From Hydrolagus affinis (Eukaryota), in assembly GCA_012026655.1 (NCBI GenBank), contig JAAILG010005517.1, forward strand, positions 1-36,845: a stretch of 36,845 bases of DNA. Direction: 5' to 3'. Position numbers and translations under genes: made by a program. Below are positions 11,801 to 21,886 of this stretch, piece after piece. Positions within the stretch are counted from its first letter, which is position 1. Each line of letters begins with the position of its first letter. Under the pieces are notes generated by a model. That model saw only the letters and a list, made by a program, of their open reading frames with translations. It was not told where the DNA came from and searched no databases.

Positions 11801-14800
11801 AGTGCAAATCTCTGTACAAAGTAAGAGCGTGAGTTTGGATACTCCCACCAATCCTTAAAATGTCACATAACAACAATCACTTTTGTGACCAGTTACAGAC
11901 GGACAATTTTACTATTACTATTTACATTTGATAGAACCGGAGACGTCTTAAATGGCTTTACAGAACATATTATAGAGTAAATTGATTGCATATGCTGTGT
12001 GTGAAAGACCAATCGAATTAAAACCCAGTTTCTACTCATTTCGAGGTTACAGAAGTTGGTGAAGTCAGCAAATTTGCCAAATGTTTCTTCCCACCCAGAA
12101 ATCAAATGCATGCACTCACACCTGCTTTTGGGCGCGGATAACAAAATTCCTATCAACTTTGGCTTCGATCAAGAAACACAAAATTTCTAAAACAATGCCT
12201 CACAGAATAGTAATTAAAATAAACCAAATAAACCTTGACGGCAGGTGTACAAGACATCTCAAGGATTGAAAGTGCAGTCACTGTTATTTTATGGCAACCA
12301 CAACGTCCGATTTACACAACCCAATTTCCCACAAACATTGCTGACATAATCTGCAATACAACAGTAATTGCCATTACACAGTGCCTTTCAAATTGGGAAA
12401 TGCTAGGACGTGTTAATGTCCAGGCTAGCCACCCTTGTCGTGGGGTCCGAGTAGCGGATGAAGGGAAGCAGGGGGAGATTTTATCGAGACGAATAAGGCC
12501 TGATCTAGGGATGGGGGTGTTTGTGAGTTGTGATAATGACTCAAAGCAATCGATCTCAGAGAGAAACTTTGTAGAGATTACTGGGGATGATAACAGTACA
12601 TGGATCTGCTCATCTTAAATCAGAATCTCACAGCTGTCACTGGGGTTATTGTCGATCCTGGTGTTCAATGTCGTGCGCAGATTAGAGGGAGCGTTTGTCA
12701 TGTTTGTTTAAATGTTGCTTTATTTCCAGATCCTCCACGGAAAGCCACTATTAAACTGCAGCCAGATTTTCGGGTGTTTGTGAGAGGCGAATCTCCTGAA
12801 ATCTCGTGCTATGGGAACTATCGTGGCAGCAAATTCTCGTTATACAGAGACGGCGTGACGATCAAATCAAAAACTGCTCTAGGATATTATTACAGTGCAA
12901 TATTTGAACCATTCGTGATCATGACAGGAAGTTATTGGTGTATTTATACCAAAGCAATGGACGGGCGAGACCTCAAGTCACCAGAAAGCGAGCGAGTGAA
13001 AATCGCTGTGTGGGGTAAGAGCGAGAGGGTGGACTCTCACCAATCTGCAACAACTCATAAAATAACCTGTTTCTCTTCCGACCAGTTACAGGCAGCCAAT
13101 AAAATTAATACTTCCTTTGATACCATAATGTTAGACGACCACAATTGTTGTAGATAAAGTATTGTAAATAGTTTTGATTCCTCATTTTGTCATCAAACGC
13201 CATTCGCCTAATGACTGTTTTCCGACTTGTTGTTGGTTATACAAACGGCGGTGTGGGGTGTTAGAGTCAGGGAAGCTGGATAAGGTTTCTCCTCAGCCGT
13301 AAATTTGAATATATTACTCTTAGTTGAAAGGCGAGGGCTCACAAAGAGGAGAAATTGGATTTTTTCTTCGATTACGAAAATATAATTACTTCACAACAAT
13401 GTCAAAATAACAGCTACTTTAAAACATAACAGTGATAATGGTAGCATTAATGTCCAAATCATGTCTGAAACCCTTTCGAAGTGCAGCCTGTTATTTCACG
13501 CAAAGCACAACATCCAATTTTCTCACAGCAATATCCAACAAACTGTAAGATGTAAAGTGAATTTCAGTACTCGGTGACAATACATAGGACCTTTTAGTTG
13601 GGGATGTGCCAAGTAGTTCTAGTTTGAGTCTCCATTTGGGGTGAGGTCCGGGGAACGATGATGCTAATTCCTACAGTGCATTTGGTCGTTTTTGAGAGGG
13701 GCGTTCAACGAGGCGCGAGGGAGTGAGTCAGTGGGTGTCTGTTGTGCAGTTCCAGAGAAAACTGGCGTAATGTCAATTGAATTTTATTCTTCTTACTTGC
13801 CAGTCAAGAGCTTGCGTTAAAGAGAACTGGAATGTTTGTTTAGATTAAGCAAGATAATCGCTTTAATTGTCTCGTACAATAATCCCACTAATTGTAGTGT
13901 CAGAATCACGGTTGAAACCCCTTTGAAGTGCAGCCTATTATTTCATGGCAAGCACATCATCCTATTGACTCACAGCAGCAACAAGAACTTCGATTCAAAA
14001 AGCATTAAAAGAGTGCCCAGCAAACAATGGTAAGGTGAATTGCAATTCAATAATAGCTGATATTAGGCAGGAAATTTGAGCGCCGGAATGTGTTGAATAG
14101 TCCAAGTTTGACTCTCTAGCTGTGGTGGGATCCGAAGGAAAGGAATACCCAAAAGTGCAGAGCATGGGGACATTTTTGAGAGGGATCTTCAACGGGGGAA
14201 GAGTGGGCCGATCAGGGTGCGTCTGGGATGCTGATCGAAAGAAAACTGGGAAACTGGCTGAAAGGCCGACTTTCATGTTGGTGACCGTTGGAAATTGAGA
14301 TTCTGTGTGGAGAAATATGAAACGATTCACATTGGAACAAAAAAAGACATGGAAAAGATAAAGGAATTGGAAATCGTGATTAGCAACATATTGGAGCACC
14401 AACAGCAATTCTCTTTGACATTAAGTAAAGCAAGCCAAATGATCTTATGTATCAAAAGAATAATATCTATCAATGAATCGATCATTCAATCAAAACTTAC
14501 ATTTATGTAGCGCCTTTCATGTTGAGAGGACTTCCCAAGTCGTTGTGCAGTCAGGTACGCACATGATAAGGGGAGCACGATGACGGAGATTTGTATATTT
14601 TTGAGCGAAACGCAGCAGCCAAACTGCGCAGAGTAGTGTCCCACAAACAGTCATGGAGGTGTGATTAGGGCAGAAAAGTGAAAAATAGAGTAAGGCTATT
14701 ATTTGTTGGTGAATCTAACATCGAATTGATGCACAGCAATGTACATAAAATGTATATATTTCTCTTGGGGATTTTCATCACATGTAACATCCCAGGCTTG

Positions 14801-17019
14801 ACACACGATCTGGTGATTGAAACCGAGCTGGAGAAGGTGTGTACTGAGCTGGGGATGGGGGATGATCTTGGGTGAACGCCTAAAATGTGGTTGGATGCTG
14901 AGCTGGTCGTGGGGATGGAGTTGTTGCTGGGGCTTGAGCTGGGAGGTGAACTGAAGTGGGATTGAGAGCTGAACTAGATATAGGAACTGAGATTTGGGTG
15001 TGTTTCAGGTGATTGCAGGATCCGATCGAAGGGTGCGGTCTGCACTTGGGATGGGGCTTAGACGGTGTTGTGTCTTAGCTGATTCCAGGCAATGAGTCCC
15101 AGCATCTCACTCCACGCTGTGTGCAGCAGCTGCTCCTGAATTTCCGGTTTAATTCGCTGCCGGACATCTTATAGAGAAACATCTGCACATCATCAGAGAG
15201 GTTCAGGCTCTAGGTCCTGCCCTAGTGTTACTCTTGTCTCGCTATCCAACCTCAACAGCCGTGTCCAAGCCGTCGCGCCACCTCTCTCTGTGTAAAGAAC
15301 AACTCGCTGCGGTCAGCCACTCAATCCCCCCACTCCCTCCACTCCAGTCTGTGATATAAGCGAATGGTCACTTTTACTCTGATCGGAACCGCGTCTGTGG
15401 CACAGAGTGAGTGTTTGTGATATTAACGTTATTGTGTTTCCATTTCAGATCCTCTCCAGAAACCCAACATTTCCCTAAAAAGTGATTCCCCTGGGATCAT
15501 CGGAGGAGATAACGCTGAGATCTCGTGTTCTGGGAATTATCCTGGCAGCACATTCTCTTTCTGCAGAGACGGCGTTTTTGTCACATCACAACAAGCTCCA
15601 GAGAATAACAAATCTGCTGCAATCATCTCGACGAACATCACTGCAGGAAATTACTGGTGCAAATATACTGCACAGATAGGCGGCCGGGAGTTCACATCAC
15701 CAGAGAGTGATCGAGTGGGAAATTATGTGCGGGGTGGGAGATGAGTAAACTCTCACACAATAGCATGTTTGACTTTTATACCTGCTCCTCTTGCCATTGT
15801 TTACGCCAGTCGATCATATTTGCTTGTTGTATTCTGGTGTCAGCAGGAGTGTTTGTCCCGGACAGAAACATATCCATTCGGTAAAACAGTTTAGATACCC
15901 TACTCCCAAATGATAGTGACACAGCAATAATTGTGTCTTTATCTCCCCTGCCACTCTTTTCTACACTGTCCCTCCCACCCACTACCTGGTCTCTTCTCCC
16001 AACTCCTAGACTTGTCTCTACTGTCATCTCCGCCAAATGCCTATCTCGCTCTCCCCAATACACCAATGCTGCCCTCCCTTCTCGCCTTTCTCCCAGCCTC
16101 CCCGTTTTCAACAAATCTACCTTACCCGCTTCAATTATTTCATATGCCCCGCCTCCCCCTATTAACTATTCTCTTACCATACCCCACTATCTTCTCCCTC
16201 TCACGCACTCCTCCCTCTCCCACCATTTAGCCCTCTCCTCTCGATCCACCCTGCCTCTTCACGCTCTCTCCCCATCTTTACCTCTTCTTCAGTCCGCCTC
16301 CCCGATTTTCTCCCTCTCACTATACTCAAACTTCTCTAGAAGCTACTCTCTCTCTACTCTCTCGCATTCTCCGCCATATTCATCCGGCCGCTCCCAACTC
16401 TACCCTCTCCGCCTCACAGTTCTCTGTACACACTACCTCCTCTCGCCTCCCCGTCTCTCCCTTATACGCACCACTAACTGGCTGCATCCTCTTTCGCTCC
16501 ACCTCCACCACTCACTCCAACTTACCGCCCACTATCTCTCAGTTTTTCAAGCCCATGTTCCACTATCTTCTCTTTGGGAAGTATTTCCGACGTCAAAGGC
16601 GCACTGAAATAAAATGATGTTGTCGATGTTTCCGTGCTATGCCTTCTAAACAACGTCAAATCCATTTCACTGCACAATGGAGTATTCAGATGTGTCGCTA
16701 TGAAACTTGATTGAATATATTTAAACACGCTGATGGGTTGGGACGCCGTTCGGCGAGGAGTGCGGTATACAAATCGAAGTTGTTAGTTTTCCATTTTGTT
16801 GGACACCCAGCTGACAAGTGTAGTCATGAATAATTGACTAATCATGTCTATCTCACAGGTTCCTGGAATAGGATGGAAATTATCAACAGTGTCCGGATCA
16901 GCCTGGCCATCGTAGTGTTGCTGGCTAGTATTCTGGTGCTGGTGGTCGAATGCCGACCAATGAAACCAGACAAGAGTCAAGAAACGGTTACTGAAGAATC
17001 GCGCCAACCTCTCCACTGA
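5047..17019 (+). CDS. LRC-type (LILR/GP6/FCAR/NCR1/CHIR-like) activating Ig-superfamily receptor gene; multi-exon; possibly a null allele or recent pseudogene in this assembly
   Basis: Exons: 5047-5071, 6161-6196, 9687-9971, [dead 11241-11820], 12730-13014, 15449-15733, 16859-17019. All junctions are phase 1 with AG/GT ends. Skipping the dead exon gives 1077 nt (359 codons), with one in-frame TAG at codon 15. The Ig domains have the C-x-G-x-Y-x-G-S-x-F-x-L-Y-R-D-G ... G-x-Y-W-C ... S-P-x-S-E-x-V pattern and the TM has an N-terminal Arg. Confidence 0.85.
5510..5720 (+). mobile_element. CR1 LINE fragment in intron 1
   Basis: ORF 5476-5742: QRDLGFRVH...QVQQATRKVNGML...EVLLQLFSSLVRPHLEFFVQ. Confidence 0.85.
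5802..6005. repeat. Compound microsatellite (TG)n / (GGTGTG)n / (CGTG)n / (CGCGTG)n
   Basis: Directly visible, mostly alternating purine-pyrimidine. It produces several low-complexity ORFs in the track. Confidence 0.95.
6161..6196 (+). CDS. Signal peptide exon 2: 36-nt mini-exon with in-frame TAG (6178-6180)
   Basis: ttcttatgcag | TG ATG TTC CTG GAG AGA TAG CCT GTG GAT TCT GAA G | GTTAGT. Phase 1 at both ends; all three frames contain a stop. Confidence 0.7.
6650..6845 (-). mobile_element. CR1 LINE RT fragment
   Basis: ORF 6532-6843: ILKFTDDTKLGKIVN...LQED...WQMNVNVEICEVMHFGRRN. Confidence 0.85.
7561..7660. other. Assembly gap (100 N; true size probably unknown)
   Basis: Run of exactly 100 N, lying between the mini-exon and the first Ig exon. 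Confidence 1.
8700..8765 (+). mobile_element. L2/SINE 3' tail ending in (ATTG)n
   Basis: gagcctagggacatcctctggacatgaaaggcgctatatcaatg...attgattgattg. Confidence 0.7.
9687..9971 (+). CDS. Ig C2 domain exon D1 (285 nt, open)
   Basis: ttccag | (D)PFQKTTISLKPDFRVFVKGESAEISCAGNYPGSTFSLYRDGVFIKSQPAPENNNTTTFTTLSIRAGNYWCRYIKQIESQVYTSPDSEPVGNTVI | GTAAGT. Confidence 0.92.
10600..11050 (-). mobile_element. Decayed L2 LINE ORF2 fragment (between endonuclease and RT)
   Basis: ORF 10605-11084 resembles the L2 linker region (..SARYTS..HLLSSL..PAHTTK..). The similarity is weak. Confidence 0.45.
11241..11820 (+). pseudogene. Ig C2 domain pseudo-exon D2 (disrupted)
   Basis: PLEKPSISVNQFSGVFVKGESAEI (11241-11314), then the insertion, then HCSGYHPDSKFSLWYFSAEKIK, a frameshift, and TDILGACTVRFTINEITPGFYICIYSQNLSGRYFASPRSEAVQISVQ | GTAAGA. 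The acceptor reads ttttgat with no AG. Confidence 0.85.
11315..11607 (-). mobile_element. 5'-truncated L2/SINE tail with (CAAT/CAAC/CAAG)n microsatellite, inserted in D2; includes N-gap 11327-11500
   Basis: aaaacttacatttatatagcgcctttcacgtcgagaggacgtcccaaggcgct at about 11555-11607. GATC flanks both sides (11311-11314 and 11608-11611). Confidence 0.8.
12730..13014 (+). CDS. Ig C2 domain exon D3 (285 nt, open)
   Basis: tttccag | (D)PPRKATIKLQPDFRVFVRGESPEISCYGNYRGSKFSLYRDGVTIKSKTALGYYYSAIFEPFVIMTGSYWCIYTKAMDGRDLKSPESERVKIAVW | GTAAGA. Confidence 0.92.
14495..14665 (-). mobile_element. SINE fragment (Deu-like core + L2 tail)
   Basis: Reverse complement of ctgtttgtgggacactactctgcgcagtttggctgctgcgttt ... 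tgaaaggcgctacataaatgtaag. Confidence 0.7.
15449..15733 (+). CDS. Ig C2 domain exon D4 (285 nt, open; absent from the ORF track because it has no early start codon)
   Basis: catttcag | (D)PLQKPNISLKSDSPGIIGGDNAEISCSGNYPGSTFSFCRDGVFVTSQQAPENNKSAAIISTNITAGNYWCKYTAQIGGREFTSPESDRVGNYVR | GTGGGA (weak donor). Confidence 0.9.
15930..16625 (+). mobile_element. Decayed L2 3' end with long pyrimidine-rich tract and L2-like tail
   Basis: CT-rich tract at about 16130-16570, ending in gacgtcaaaggcgcactgaaataaaatgatgttg, which resembles the L2 tail. Confidence 0.5.
16859..17019 (+). CDS. Stalk/transmembrane/short cytoplasmic exon with TM arginine
   Basis: tctcacag | (G)SWNRMEIINSVRISLAIVVLLASILVLVVECRPMKPDKSQETVTEESRQPLH*. 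The Arg codon is at 16894-16896 and the tail has no Tyr. A candidate AATAAA lies at 17443-17448. Confidence 0.88.
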
Positions 17020-17479
17020 TCTCCTCTCAAACATCAGAATCCAGCCCGTCTCCATTTTATCCTCTATGTCAGTCCATGGCATCTTTCTCTTACTCTTGCT
17101 ATAACTTCCCGCCTTTGCCTTTGCTCGCACGCTTTTATCCACTCATTTCCAAATTCTCTGTCTGTCTCCTGTGACGTGTGATGTGGATTTGACCGCTTGA
17201 AGGCTGAGCGGCTACATGCACCAGAAAATTGCAAGTACAGTAATAACTGTCACGTTTTATTTTGCAGCGTTCGCTTCAGTAAAATGTTTCAAATCACTTT
17301 ATTAATGTTGACGGGAAAGTAGATGTTCTTTTAGGAAGCGATGGTAACATATATTTGTAACTATTTTTTAGAAATGAACATTTCTAAATGTTTAATGTTG
17401 CTTTGGTGTGTATTTTCCATGTAACAAATATGAACTATCACAAATAAATTAGTTCATAAATCTGTAAACCTTTGTGATG

Positions 17480-17720
17480 AAAATATTTGGGCGGTACGGA
17501 GTTTCCTTACTCCACACAGCTAATAATAAACCGTCCCCATAACCCCACAGTAATAAAATTGGTCATTTAAATCCACGACTGTTTGTGGGGACGCTGCTCT
17601 GCGTAATTCGGTGCCTCGATTCGCCCACAAAATATACAGGTAATTTACTTGACAGCATATTCTGCGAAGCGCTTTGAGACTTCGAATAAGATTTGAAAAG
17701 CAACGTGTCAAATGCAAGAA
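17480..17720 (+). mobile_element. SINE (headless), Deu-like core + L2 tail
   Basis: Paralogous to 18380-18620 (gtttccttactccacac...aatccacgactg...cacaaaatatacagg...gaagcgc.ttgagac). Confidence 0.75.
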
Positions 17721-18309
17721 TATTTTTATTATGAAACAGACAGTTATTTCGCCATATAACGGTTTCTCTGATCTCACGTTTGGCATCGAGGTAGTTTTGA
17801 AGAGTTTAAGGTTCCAAAGATTGATTTAAATAAATATCTATATTTATTTTCTGTGCTGTTTGCGAGGATAAAGAATGTAATACGACATGACTTGCATGAA
17901 AAATGTACGAAAACAAGCAAATGTTTTGGTTGTTGATAAGACATGACCTGTGATGTGGAGTTGGGGTTGGAGGGATATGAAAACTAGCTGTGGTCCCCTA
18001 CTGCTCTTGTTTTTACTGATATTGTTCCAGTAGTGAAGGAATTATTTTGATGAGATGGTCTTCGTACTGCATTGTGGTAAAGTAATTCATTGTAAAGGTT
18101 AGAGGGTTGAGCATGAAGATCAGGCAAATGCTGTAGTGTGTTTTGCTCACTCAATGGCATCAAGCTGAACATTCTCCAGAGGGAAGAAGAAGGCAATAGA
18201 TACAGATTAGCAACGCTACCTTTCTTTAAATGCTCGTGATTAAATAAAAGTTACAATCATACAGTACCACCAGCCTATGTCAATTTGATTATCTCTGAGT
18301 TCGAACTCT

Positions 18310-18620
18310 GAAAGCTGTAGCTCCTGCCGCTCAGTGGTTAGAGCACTCGCCTTATACGCATGATACATGCGTGCAGACCTTGTGCAAGTTTCCTTACTCC
18401 ACACACACACACGCCAAATAATAAACCGTCGAAAATAAAACAATAATAATGTAATACAATTAGTCATTTCAATCCACGACTGGTGTTGGGACACTGCGGT
18501 GCGGAAATGGCTTGCCAAATTTTGACCACAAAATATACAGGCAATTCAGTTTACAATTTATTCTCTGAAGCGCCTTGAGACGTCGTTAATGTGTGAAATG
18601 CTCCAATAGCAATGCAAGGA
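18310..18620 (+). mobile_element. tRNA-headed SINE, near full length
   Basis: Head gctcagtggttagagcactcgcc (A-box-like), body as at 17480-17720, tail gaagcgccttgagacgt. Confidence 0.8.
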
Positions 18621-20319
18621 TTATCACTATTATTACAATAGGTTTGTTTTATTCACGTAATTGGCAGTGATTTAATTTACAGTTCATATCATATTCGAAC
18701 ATTTGCAGTCAACAGCAGTGCAGACCTATCCGTCAGCCAGCCGGGCTGGTCTGTCATCAGCATTCTATAGAGTCGCATCTAAATGTCTGTGTCAGGACAA
18801 GATAACAACAACAAATCGCAAGTATACAGTAACTTTTGTTCTTTGGATACAACGTCCCAAGTGACTGCACAGTGTGGGGTTTGTATCTGAGCTGGTGATT
18901 GCTCTTGGTGGGGCTCTTGGTGCTCTTGTGTGTGTTGGGGAGGGGGAGGTGGGGGGACTAGTGATGATATTTCAAATAGGAACGTTTTGAGTTAGGCCTG
19001 AAAGTCAGAATGTGACATGGGAATCCAATGTGAATCTAGGATGGAGTTACTGAATTTGGGAGAGAATAGGGTGATAGCCCATTTGTCAATTCTGGTTTTG
19101 GAAGTGCCGGGGACATGAAACATACTTAAAGGGGGGACGAGATTAAGAGTCATCGTTATATTAATAATAACAACATTATTCTTTCAATTTGGTTTGGAGC
19201 TTCTCACGTCGTCTTGGCATCCCATGGCTCCTCACAGCATATACACTAACTTGTATATGAACTGCGACAACCAGTTTCACACAGCAGTGTCCCACACACA
19301 GTCCTGAATTAACATGACCAATGTAATGTTGGATATCTTAGGCATTGTTTTCAGTGGTGTGCGGATAGGAAGCTTTATACTCTCTGCAATTGGTTAGTTA
19401 GAATGCATTTTTTCCATTGAGAGGGAGAGCACATTCCATTCGAATAGATGAGATATCCCATGTTTAGGTGAATTGCACAGAATTAGCAGGGATTTGTTTG
19501 GATTCTCTAAATATTTTGAGGTCCAATAGAATACACAGTTGAGCACAATGTAAAACAGTTGATAGTTACATACACTGCGTGTAAATATTGAAGATTGAGA
19601 TGGCTAGCAAGAAGGCGAGAATGGGGAGAAGCTGGTTGTGTTGTGTGAGCATGCTGAGCGGATAAATGTAGGGGTGGCTGTACCTACGATGCTCTCCCCA
19701 TTCATTCTGACCTAGCGTCAGACTTCACAACTGTGTCGAGCTCTGACGCACTACTCATTTGCAGCAGTGCTGTCTAAGTATATGCTGTTGTTGCTGTAAT
19801 TCAAAATACACAGGAGCAATTCAAACACAGAGCGCGCTGATGAGAATGACAAATATGTGCTGACAGCAGGGATAAAATTAGGTATTTAAAATTCCGCAGA
19901 GCACCTTAATACCAGTTTCCTGACTCACCCAATAACTGAAAGCAATAAGGCACTGAAAGGGGGTGGGTGGTAGGGGTGGGGCGGATGGGTTGTGGGGGTG
20001 TGGAGAGAGAATGCAATATTCCTCAAGTCCACGAAGACAGGCATTGACATGAAGGTCTGTAGTACAACCATATGTACAACAGTTGGCGGTGTTGCACTGT
20101 ATCCACATCTTGTGTTCACAAAAAAATAACTGCCCAGTGGCTGAATGCGGTAATACAGCTCCGATTGCACTCAATTCAGATATTATTCATATTTCAAGAA
20201 CAAAGCGCAAACAGTATGGGTTTGTTCATCACCGATTAAGTAAGATCATGTTTTGAGTTACTCCTCAGTGTTCTATTGTAAAGGTTCAATACTTCTTCAT
20301 TAGTTATCACAACACCAAC

Positions 20320-21130
20320 AACAACTTAAACTTCTAAAGCGCCTTACACGTAGGGAGGACGTCCCAAGGCGCTGCACAGGAGGCGTGTGACCCGAGCTGG
20401 GAGAGGAGTGTTCGGGAAGGGGTGAAGCACGTAAGGGAGGTCAAAAAATTCGGGTGGAACAAAAAGGCACCGTCGAAGAGGAAAGTCTTCAAACCAGCCT
20501 TGAAAGAGAAAAGGGAGGAAACAAAACGGAGCGATTGGGGGATGGAATTCCACAGGATGGGAGCGGAGAAACTGAAGGCCCGGCCTCCGATGGTGGGGCG
20601 GTTCGGGCGGGGGGCTTGGAGAAGGCCAATTCCTGCTGAATGATGGGTCCGGTTGGGCTTATATGGGGAGAGTCAATTGGTTAAGTAGGGCGGGGCAAGG
20701 CCGTGTAAGGCCTTGAAGGTGAGGACGAGGATCTTGAACTCGATCCTCTGGAGGATGGGGAGCCAGTGGAGACGGGCGAGGGTGGGAGGTATTTGGTCGC
20801 GGAGGCGTGTGCGGGATAATACATGGTCTGCAGAGTTTTGGATGATCTGCAGCCTGTGAATGGAGGAGCTGGGTAGGCCGACGAGGAGATAGTTTCCGTA
20901 GTCCAGCCGTGAGGTGATGTAAGTGAGCACGAGTGTTTCTGCAGCGTGGGGGGTGAGATAGTTGCGGAGCCTGGCAATGTTGTGTAGGTGGAAATAAGCG
21001 GTGCCGGTCAAGGCACGGATGTGGGGACGGAAGGAGAGTTTATGGTCGAACGTAATGCCGAGGTTCCTGACTGGCTTTGTGAGGTGGAGAGTACAGCCTT
21101 GGATGTTGAATTTGCCAATCTCTGGTCTGA
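20320..21130 (-). mobile_element. L2 LINE, 5'-truncated, about 0.8 kb, relatively young
   Basis: Open 153-aa ORF 20673-21134 (VRNLGITFD..LSFRPHI...SRLDYGN..LVGLP...RLHWLP..QRIEFKILVLTFKALHGLAPPYL). After a frameshift it continues GGRAFSFSAP.LWNSIP...LKTFLF, followed by the tail at about 20320-20375. Confidence 0.93.
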
Positions 21131-21510
21131 TCACGTGTGTATGTAATTAATAATTTCCCAATTGAATCCCAGGACATTACCTGTATTCATTTTAACAAAA
21201 TTGATGAATTGGTCACTTTCATCCACGAACCTTTGTGGGAATCTCCTGTGTTCAATTCTCTGACAGATTTCACCACAAATGTACGGTTAATTCACTTTAT
21301 AGTAAATTACGTGATCTTCCCACAAGATATGTGGAGTACGTGGAAACAGTTATATGAAATGCAATGATAATTATTATTGCTTTGCGACTCAGGTCAGTTT
21401 AATACTATCAAAATTTAGTGAGACTTAAAGCCGAGAACGGATTTACCTTTTTCTACATCTCCCCTGATATTTTGTGTAGTTATTGTGTGTTCAATTAACG
21501 ATAACAATTC

Positions 21511-21543
21511 TGCAGTACTGCATTACTACCGCCAGATGGTGGC
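21511..21543 (+). promoter_or_regulatory. Predicted CTCF site 1 (upstream motif + core)
   Basis: TGCAGTACT-6 bp-CTA-CCGCCAGATGGTGGC. One core mismatch to CCRSYAGRKGGCR. Confidence 0.6.
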
Positions 21544-21724
21544 GATGTTCAGTGTAACTGCCCACAAGTGAAATCCTTGTTCTCCTTGAGCTGAGAAGAG
21601 AAAGTTTGACCATTGTCAGAATCCTTCATAGTTTCCAACCAAACCCCGCCTCACACTCCCAAACCACGTGCGACAGTCTCTATTCTGATTTCCGATAAAG
21701 ATATTTCAGGTGCACATTTATTTG

Positions 21725-21835
21725 TGGAGTACGGGATTGCACGGTTTTGGGGAGAGAACTAGTGAGTGGGATTGAATTGCTCTTTTCAAAAGGCGGCACC
21801 CACACAATGGACCGAATGGCCTCCTTTTTGTGTGC
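21725..21835 (+). mobile_element. CR1 3' UTR fragment
   Basis: gggagagaactagtgagtgggattga...atggaccgaatggcctcct, similar to 34340-34440. Confidence 0.65.
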
Positions 21836-21853
21836 AAATTAACGCTAATAATA

Positions 21854-21886
21854 TTCAGTACCACTTTACTACAGCGAGATGGCGGC
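21854..21886 (+). promoter_or_regulatory. Predicted CTCF site 2 (upstream motif + core)
   Basis: TTCAGTACC-6 bp-CTA-CAGCGAGATGGCGGC. Same spacing and orientation as site 1; two core mismatches. Confidence 0.5.

Noticed and set aside
15933-16607. 224-aa Ser/Leu/Pro-rich ORF
   Set aside because: Product of a pyrimidine-rich tract in a decayed L2 remnant within the D4-TM intron.
1212-18875. Isolated CACAGTG heptamers (about 1212, 6494, 10442, 12377, 18868) suggesting the receptor gene might rearrange
   Set aside because: Where checked, no nonamer was seen at 12 or 23 bp, and none abuts an Ig exon.
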